Below are positions 26,164 through 32,000 of a DNA stretch of 32,000 nucleotides, one piece after another. The position numbers and the translations under genes are program-made. Position 1 is the first letter of the stretch, and the number at the start of each line of letters is the position of its first letter. Source of the DNA: Acaryochloris marina S15 (lineage in GTDB: Bacteria > Cyanobacteriota > Cyanobacteriia > Thermosynechococcales > Thermosynechococcaceae); the NCBI RefSeq assembly GCF_018336915.1, contig NZ_CP064923.1:1530001-1562000 (forward strand), written 5' to 3'. Below the pieces are notes generated by a model. The model did no database searches and was not told the DNA's origin. It saw only the letters and a program-made list of their open reading frames with translations.

Positions 26164-27918
26164 TTACATCCGCTCTAGCACTTCAATCCCCAGTAGGGAT
26201 AGCCCCAGTTTCAGGGTACGGGCAGTCAGATCAGAAATCACCAGCCGGGACGTCCGAGCAGGTTCTTCAGCCTTGAGAACGGGGCACTGATCATAAAATT
26301 GATTAAACTTCTGGCTCAGCTCAAACAGATACTGGCAAAGTCGATTCGGCATAAGATCAGCAGCAACTTCGGCGATGACATCCTGCATTTGCAACAGATG
26401 CTTGACCAATGCCAACTCTGAAGGCTCTCCTAAGGTCAACGAAACATCACCTAATTGGGAAAAATCAATATTTCCTTTGCGGCTTATGCCCTGTACCCGA
26501 ACATAGGCGTAGATCATATAGGGAGCAGTATTACCCTGCAGCGCCAACATTTTGTCATAGCTAAATACATAATTGCTGGTGCGATTCTGACTCAGATCCG
26601 CATATTTTACGGCTCCAAGTCCAATGACTTGGGCAACATTGGCAATAAAATCTGGGGCTTCAGTTCGTTCGTCCTCAGCCAATCTTGACTCAACATCAAG
26701 CTGGGCACGGTTAATAGCCTCATCCAACAGGCCTCGTAAACGAATCGTTTCACCCGAGCGAGTTTTTAGCTTTTTGCCATCTTCGCCCTGGACCATACCA
26801 AAGGGTAAATGGACTACCTGGACAGTATCAGGAATCCATCCTGTCCGAGTTGCAACTTGAAACACCTGAGCAAAGTGATTAATCTGCTCTGCACCGGTTA
26901 CATAAATAATTCGTGTAGCTGACTCAGCGGTAATTCGGTGTCGCAAAGCGGCTAAATCCGTAGTGGCATAGTTAAACCCACCATCAGACTTTTGCACGAT
27001 CAGCGGTTGAGGATCACCTTGTTTATTGGTAAATCCTTCTAGAAAAACGCATTTTGCCCCTTGATCAGTTTCCAGCAGACCTGCTGTAGCCAAATCTGTT
27101 AGTACTTCAGCTAAGAAGGGATTATAAAAAGACTCCCCTCGCTCCTCTAGCTCAATATCCAGATCTCGGTAAATCTTCTCAAATTCGCGGCGAGATTGAT
27201 CACAAAGGAGCTGCCATGCTTGTTTCGCCTCAGGATCTCCCTGCTGTAATTTTACGACTGCCTGCCGGGACTGCACCTGAAATTTTTCATCCTCATCAAA
27301 GCGATGCTTAGATTTTTTATAAAAAGCAACTAAATCGCCTAAATCTAGAGCATCCGATGTCGTTAACGCTGCAGGATGAACCTCAGATAGGTAAGTAATC
27401 AACATGCCAAACTGCGTACCCCAATCCCCGACATGGTTAAGCCGCAGAACATCATTACCCTGAAATTCGAGAATTCGGGCAATACAGTCGCCGATGATCG
27501 TAGACCGCAAATGGCCCACATGCATTTCTTTGGCGATATTGGGACTGGAGAAATCAACCACCACTCGTTGCGGATCAGCAATAGGCTCGATTCCTAGACG
27601 AGGATCGGCCTGGATCTGCTGAAGTTGCTCAGCCAAAAAAGTGGGCTTGAGGGTTAAGTTGATAAAGCCTGGTCCAGCAATGGTGGGGATTTCGCACAGA
27701 TCATCTACCTCCAGTTTCTGCAGAATCTGATCTGCGATCCCACGGGGGGATTGCCCCAAGGGCTTTGCCAAGGCTAAAGAGACATTAGATTGATAGTCAC
27801 CAAACTTGGGATTGCTGGCCACACCAACAACCGGAACAGAAATGACCAACTCAGATCCAAAGGCAGCGTCTAACGCTCGATCGAATCGAGTCTCTAAGGT
27901 TTTTAGGATGGACTTCAT
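26164..27918 (-). CDS. argS: Arginine--tRNA ligase
   Basis: Class I HIGH motif [15 protein letters not shown]. Also [10 protein letters not shown] and [12 protein letters not shown], with the C-terminus ending in ...LERM. The likely start is the [12 protein letters not shown] at 27918. The tracked start at 27978 overlaps the upstream small ORF. Confidence 0.9.
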   Translation of the reverse strand: MKSILKTLETRFDRALDAAFGSELVISVPVVGVASNPKFGDYQSNVSLALAKPLGQSPRGIADQILQKLEVDDLCEIPTIAGPGFINLTLKPTFLAEQLQQIQADPRLGIEPIADPQRVVVDFSSPNIAKEMHVGHLRSTIIGDCIARILEFQGNDVLRLNHVGDWGTQFGMLITYLSEVHPAALTTSDALDLGDLVAFYKKSKHRFDEDEKFQVQSRQAVVKLQQGDPEAKQAWQLLCDQSRREFEKIYRDLDIELEERGESFYNPFLAEVLTDLATAGLLETDQGAKCVFLEGFTNKQGDPQPLIVQKSDGGFNYATTDLAALRHRITAESATRIIYVTGAEQINHFAQVFQVATRTGWIPDTVQVVHLPFGMVQGEDGKKLKTRSGETIRLRGLLDEAINRAQLDVESRLAEDERTEAPDFIANVAQVIGLGAVKYADLSQNRTSNYVFSYDKMLALQGNTAPYMIYAYVRVQGISRKGNIDFSQLGDVSLTLGEPSELALVKHLLQMQDVIAEVAADLMPNRLCQYLFELSQKFNQFYDQCPVLKAEEPARTSRLVISDLTARTLKLGLSLLGIEVLERM

Positions 27919-27922
27919 GAGC

Positions 27923-28075
27923 TTAACTGCGTTTTTTCCTAGCGGCACGCTGTTCGCGCTCGCGTCGTCTGCGATCACGCCACTCTGAGACAGTCAGATA
28001 AACAATGCCACCAGAAACGATCACTAACACACCTAAAGCCACCAAGGCCAAGGTATTGGTAATTGAGAAGTCCAC
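27923..28075 (-). CDS. Untracked 50-aa single-TM protein with Arg/Lys-rich tail
   Basis: GTG start. Translation: (M)[49 protein letters not shown]. The stop lies 4 nt before the argS ATG. The frame is open only from 28084, and I saw no clear SD. Confidence 0.35.
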   Translation of the reverse strand: MDFSITNTLALVALGVLVIVSGGIVYLTVSEWRDRRRREREQRAARKKRS

Positions 28076-28113
28076 AATATTTAGCTAATTACGAATGGAT
28101 TAACAAAGGCAAA

Positions 28114-28203
28114 TTACATGCCGTGGCGACCCCATACCACCATGGCAATGGAGTAAGTGAAGAGAGTAAGAACTGAAACCCAACCCAAGGTCAAGATATC
28201 CAT
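28114..28203 (-). CDS. petN: Cytochrome b6-f complex subunit PetN (29 aa)
   Basis: [29 protein letters not shown] matches the PetN consensus as I recall it ([12 protein letters not shown].....MVVWGR.G.). The tracked 73-aa ORF is an artefactual 5' extension. Confidence 0.85.
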   Translation of the reverse strand: MDILTLGWVSVLTLFTYSIAMVVWGRHGM

Positions 28204-28311
28204 TATGCTGTTTGTGAACCAATGACGACGTTTAGCTATTCTATCCTGAAACCCCGCCACCACGGCAAGCATCTGTATCTCACCAGAACTTAAAGTTTTC
28301 ATCCCCCAACC

Positions 28312-29154
28312 ATGCCCGCAACTCTCTCCCAACAAATTCAGCAGTTCTATGACACCTCTTCAGGTTTGTGGGAGCAGGTTTGGGGCGAACATATGCACCA
28401 TGGCTACTACGGCCCGACCGGCAAGCAAGCCAAACCTCGCCGCCAAGCCCAAATTGATCTGATCGAAGAATTACTTGCCTGGGGACAGGTTCAACAGCCT
28501 CAGCAGATTTTGGATGTGGGCTGTGGCATTGGTGGCAGCTCCCTGTACTTGGCCCAAAAATATAATGCCAACGTCACTGGAATTACCCTCAGCCCTGTCC
28601 AGGCCGATCGGGCTCAAGCCCGCGCTAGAGAAGCCGGGTTATCTTCCCAATCAGAATTTAGAGTGGCCGATGCCCAACAAATGCCCTTTCCTGAAGCGTC
28701 CTTTGATCTAGTTTGGTCCTTAGAAAGTGGCGAACATATGCCCGATAAGACTCAATTCTTGCAGGAATGCTGTCGAGTACTCAAACCAGGGGGAATCCTA
28801 TTAGTCGCCACTTGGTGCCATCGCCCCACCCCACCAGCGTTAAGCTGGAGCGAACAGCGGCTGCTCGACGATATTTATCGCGTCTATTATCTGCCCTACG
28901 TCATTTCCTTGCCCGGCTATGCTGACATCGCTCAGACTCTGCCCTTATCAGGTCTACAAACCGCAGACTGGTCCACCGCCGTTGCCCCTTTCTGGAATGA
29001 GGTGATTACGTCTGCATTAGATCTGCAAGTCCTGATCGGCATCCTCAAAGCGGGACTGCAAACCTTGCAAGGGGCTCTGGCCCTCAGCTTTATGTCGCGA
29101 GGATATCGGCAAGGTCTGATTCGCTACGGACTATTGAAGGGAACGAAAACGTGA
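28312..29154 (+). CDS. Gamma-tocopherol C-methyltransferase (Synechocystis slr0089 / VTE4-like)
   Basis: Near-colinear with slr0089 as I recall it: [94 protein letters not shown]. Confidence 0.85.
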   Translation: MPATLSQQIQQFYDTSSGLWEQVWGEHMHHGYYGPTGKQAKPRRQAQIDLIEELLAWGQVQQPQQILDVGCGIGGSSLYLAQKYNANVTGITLSPVQADRAQARAREAGLSSQSEFRVADAQQMPFPEASFDLVWSLESGEHMPDKTQFLQECCRVLKPGGILLVATWCHRPTPPALSWSEQRLLDDIYRVYYLPYVISLPGYADIAQTLPLSGLQTADWSTAVAPFWNEVITSALDLQVLIGILKAGLQTLQGALALSFMSRGYRQGLIRYGLLKGTKT

Positions 29155-30122
29155 CTTCCAGCGTTGACGCCAGCCCCATCAAACGGTGGCTGCAGGCCTT
29201 ATGGAAGTTCTCGCGCCCCCATACCATTATCGGTACCAGCCTCAGTGTGATCGGCTTAGCTTTGATTGCTCTGTCCACCCAATATCAGGGCAGTGCTTTA
29301 TTGACTGATCTCCCTGTTCCAGCAACAGTATTTTACCCACAGTTCTTACTTTGGCTCGGTGCTGCCCTCGTGCCGAGTTTGGGTGCTAATGTCTATATCG
29401 TGGGCCTCAATCAGCTCACCGATATCGATATTGATCGAATCAATAAACCTCAGTTACCTTTAGCCTCCGGCGAATTTTCCCCGCACCAAGGTCGATGGAT
29501 TGTAGCGAGTGCTGGACTGTTAGCCCTAGGCTTCTCCTCGATACAAGGCTATCGATTACTCTGGACGGTTGGACTCAGTATGCTCATGGGCACGGTCTAT
29601 TCCATTCCCCCCATTCGTCTCAAACGATTTCCTTTTTGGGCTGCCCTCTGCATTTTTGGTGTTCGGGGGGGAGTGGTTAATGTCGGCTTCTTTCTCCACT
29701 TTCGCCATTTGCTAGGAGGGAGCGGGGAAATTCCATTAAAAGTGTGGGTATTGACAGGGTTTGTGATTCTGTTTGCCTTTGCCATCGCAATCTTCAAAGA
29801 CATCCCTGATCAAGAAGGGGACTTGAAGTTTGACATTCACACCTTAACTGTGCGACTCGGTAGCGAATCAGTCTTTAGACTGTCTTGCTGGGTTCTCAGT
29901 ATGGCCTACCTAGGGATAGCCGGAATGGCCATCTGGGGATTACCCGAGACTCATCAAGGCTTATTGCTATCCACCCACCTGGGTATTCTCTTTCTGTTTT
30001 GGTACCGCAGCCAGCGAGTCAACCTCAAGCATCACCAGCAAGTAACCCAGTTCTACCAATGGATCTGGAAACTCTTTTTTCTGGAATATGTGATATTCCC
30101 TTTTGCTTGTCTGTGGCAATAA
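29151..30122 (+). CDS. Homogentisate phytyltransferase (UbiA family; slr1736 / VTE2-like)
   Basis: Matches: WKFSRPHTIIGT, NVYIVGLNQLTDIDIDRINKPQLPLASGEFS, YSIPPIRLKRF, AIAIFKDIPDQEGD, FYQWIWKLFFLEY. The GTG start overlaps the upstream TGA (GTGA). Confidence 0.85.
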   Translation: MTSSVDASPIKRWLQALWKFSRPHTIIGTSLSVIGLALIALSTQYQGSALLTDLPVPATVFYPQFLLWLGAALVPSLGANVYIVGLNQLTDIDIDRINKPQLPLASGEFSPHQGRWIVASAGLLALGFSSIQGYRLLWTVGLSMLMGTVYSIPPIRLKRFPFWAALCIFGVRGGVVNVGFFLHFRHLLGGSGEIPLKVWVLTGFVILFAFAIAIFKDIPDQEGDLKFDIHTLTVRLGSESVFRLSCWVLSMAYLGIAGMAIWGLPETHQGLLLSTHLGILFLFWYRSQRVNLKHHQQVTQFYQWIWKLFFLEYVIFPFACLWQ

Positions 30123-30151
30123 TTACCTCAGATCCTGCAGCCTATAAGAAT

Positions 30152-31747
30152 CTAGCAGCGCCCTTTCTTGCCTCGCTTGCCGTTAGGGAAAACGGTCAGC
30201 CAGTTGGTTTGTGCAAAAGATAATTGAGAATCCGTCAGCTTGGCACCCGACAAATCTGCTCCACAGAGATTAGCCCCCCGTAGGTTGGCATGGCTGAGAT
30301 AGGCGTCGCTCAAATTAGCCCCTCGCAGATCCGCATTCGCCAAATCAGCATGGCTCATATAGGCCTGCATTAAATTAGCGTTGCGTAAGTTGGCCCCAGT
30401 AAAGTTGGCCCGACCAAAATTCGCATTGATCAGAATGGCATCTCGCAAATCCGTATTTTGGAACTTGCCTTCATGGAAGTTGGCACTGGGCAGTTGAAAC
30501 TTACGAAGATTCAAATTGCGTAAATCTTGTCCGCTAAAGTCTCGCTGGCCCCGGCCATAGGCATGTTGGACTGCATTCGGCGTTAAGCGTGCTTTCTTTG
30601 GACCTCTTGAACTCAGGCTAGAAGAAGAGTCCAAACCTGTATAGCTTGAGCGAGGCGTCGACAGTTGCCCCGAAACTTTGGATAGAGCACCTGAAAGGGG
30701 AGATTGGGCGCGAGAGTTATACCGTCGAATTCCAGAGGCTGCCCGAGAGGAAGGTGAGTTGGAACGCGGTCTTGTGGGGGAATAGGATCGTGATGATGAT
30801 GAAGAACGGAGCGGGGGCTGAGACACTGTGCCAGCCGAAGATCCCTGGGCATTCTTCGCTAGGGCTTGGAGTACTTCTTTTGCTGACCGATAGCGATCAC
30901 GCAGCGAGACCTCCAACATCTTGCCCAGGATCTCTTGTAGTTCAGGACCAATCTGAACATGCTCCCGCCAACTCAATTCTCCCGATACAGGGTTATAGCT
31001 TAAGTCTTTGGGAGATTTACCGGTTAACAAGTAAATACAAGTCACACCCAGGCTATACACATCACTGGCATAGACAGGGCGCATGGCCATCTGTTCCGGT
31101 GGGGCAAAACCAGGGGTTCCTACAGCAAAAGAGGTGAGCGTACTGTTTTCGTCAGGGTTGGCAATTGCCGTTTGGCTCACTTGGTCTTTGACCGCACCAA
31201 AGTCAATCACAACCAGCTTGTCATCAATTTCCCGTCGAATGATGTTGGCAGGTTTAAGATCGCGATGAATCACTTCTACACTGTGCAAATGATCCATCAA
31301 GGGTAAGACTTCTGCCAGCACCTTATAAACCATATCTTCGTCAAAAGGCCCAGATCGACGAACCTCTTGCTGCAGTGTTGCCCCCTGAACATACTCCTGA
31401 ACCAGAAAAAATTCTTGGCCCAGTTCGAAATAGTCCAATAGTCTCGGAAGTTGAGGGTGATTACCGATTTTACCCAGGGTTTCAGCTTCTCGCTGAAACA
31501 GTTCTCGGGACATTTCTAAAATATGGGGAGCAGTGACGACTGGACGCAGCTGCTTAATCACGCAGGTCGGCTTTCCGGGTAACCCTTCGTCTTCAGCCAG
31601 AAATGTTGTTGCAAACCCTCCTCGACCCAAAATTCGAGTCGAACGATAACGATCACGCAATACCAAGTTATTACCACAAGCCTGACAAACCATTTGCCGT
31701 GGTGCGTTACTGGGATTCGTACAAGCTGGATTTAAGCAATAGCTCAT
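30152..31747 (-). CDS. Ser/Thr protein kinase with N-terminal Cys4 zinc-ribbon-like motif, Ser/Pro-rich linker and C-terminal pentapeptide repeats
   Basis: N-terminus: CLNPAC...CQACG. Kinase motifs: GRGGFATTF, VIKQL, HRDLKPANI, DFG, TPGFAPPE. The C-terminus has tandem A(N/D)LxG-type pentapeptides (ANLRNANLMQAYMSHADLANADLRGANLSDAYLSHANLRGANLCGADLSGA). Confidence 0.9.
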   Translation of the reverse strand: MSYCLNPACTNPSNAPRQMVCQACGNNLVLRDRYRSTRILGRGGFATTFLAEDEGLPGKPTCVIKQLRPVVTAPHILEMSRELFQREAETLGKIGNHPQLPRLLDYFELGQEFFLVQEYVQGATLQQEVRRSGPFDEDMVYKVLAEVLPLMDHLHSVEVIHRDLKPANIIRREIDDKLVVIDFGAVKDQVSQTAIANPDENSTLTSFAVGTPGFAPPEQMAMRPVYASDVYSLGVTCIYLLTGKSPKDLSYNPVSGELSWREHVQIGPELQEILGKMLEVSLRDRYRSAKEVLQALAKNAQGSSAGTVSQPPLRSSSSSRSYSPTRPRSNSPSSRAASGIRRYNSRAQSPLSGALSKVSGQLSTPRSSYTGLDSSSSLSSRGPKKARLTPNAVQHAYGRGQRDFSGQDLRNLNLRKFQLPSANFHEGKFQNTDLRDAILINANFGRANFTGANLRNANLMQAYMSHADLANADLRGANLSDAYLSHANLRGANLCGADLSGAKLTDSQLSFAQTNWLTVFPNGKRGKKGRC

Positions 31748-32000
31748 TCAGCGTCTCTCAGATGATTGTGAATCAGGTGTGCTTGTAGAAGGTGCAAACT
31801 CTCCTATAGTCATTCTGCCCGCTTTTGTTCCTTGTGGGAGCATGCCCTATTAATTCGATGAACAAGGTCAAGATAATAGCGATAGTTGTCAACACTAGGA
31901 ATAGATAGTTTTTGATGCTGAAAGGTTTTTCCTACCCATGAAAGTTATAGAGCATACCCCTGCCTTGCTAGTCCTGCAAGAACGGCTACTTGGAATTCGA

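Noticed and set aside
28114-28335. 73-aa ORF as a single gene
   Set aside because: Only the last 29 codons (MDILTLGW...) correspond to PetN. The upstream extension overlaps the divergent methyltransferase start and has no protein-like features.
30646-31137. 163-aa ORF antisense to the Ser/Thr kinase, and similar shadow ORFs inside 14428-17673 and 22855-25239
   Set aside because: They lie entirely within genes that carry strong domain evidence on the other strand. Their translations are low-complexity.
31938-32000. Possible plus-strand gene start (MKVIEHTPALLVLQERLLGIR...) running off the window
   Set aside because: Only 21 codons are visible, with no SD and no recognisable motif. It cannot be supported.
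1-32000. Search for CRISPR arrays, tRNA/rRNA genes and integrase/att sites
   Set aside because: I saw no regularly spaced direct repeats, no cloverleaf-like tRNA candidates in the intergenic regions I read (10440-10744, 12377-12669, 17674-17875, 19527-19692, 21994-22160, 25240-26163), and no integrase-like ORF. Without tools, a short tRNA fragment could have been missed.

Overview
Cyanobacterial chromosomal window: the HIP1 octamer GCGATCGC occurs at least 13 times by my scan, and petN, argS and tocopherol genes are present. All domain calls are by-eye motif reading; no database search or folding program was available.

The right third (26.1-31.8 kb) is housekeeping:
- argS
- an untracked 50-aa TM ORF
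- petN
- gamma-tocopherol methyltransferase plus homogentisate phytyltransferase
- a Ser/Thr kinase with pentapeptide repeats

Signalling genes lie at 2-2686 (hybrid histidine kinase, 5' end cut by the window) and 22161-25239 (FHA-PAS histidine kinase plus receiver).

The rest looks accessory:
1. 4125-5850 holds a retron-type reverse transcriptase with Ec86-like NAxxH, YADD and VTG motifs and a ~125-aa charged N-terminal extension. It is preceded on the same strand by a structured non-coding region that looks like msr-msd: a ~30-bp-stem hairpin bracketed by a 15-bp long-range inverted repeat. No recognisable effector is present. Its neighbours are an orphan 169-aa ORF, an IS630 copy, a DEDDh exonuclease, and a convergent WGR-beta-propeller gene overlapping the RT stop by 17 nt.
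2. 8703-12376 holds two tandem paralogous TPM(YgcG)-polytopic-4xCxxC membrane proteins, bracketed by an 85-bp duplicated gene tail.
3. 12755-21993 holds five co-oriented minus-strand genes: an HTH-NACHT STAND NTPase, a small beta-rich protein translationally coupled to a DUF6745-like protein, a 1081-aa WGR-HEAT protein, and a SWIM zinc-finger protein.

My best candidates for an undescribed system are the retron-like module with unknown partner(s) and the WGR/SWIM(+NACHT) island.
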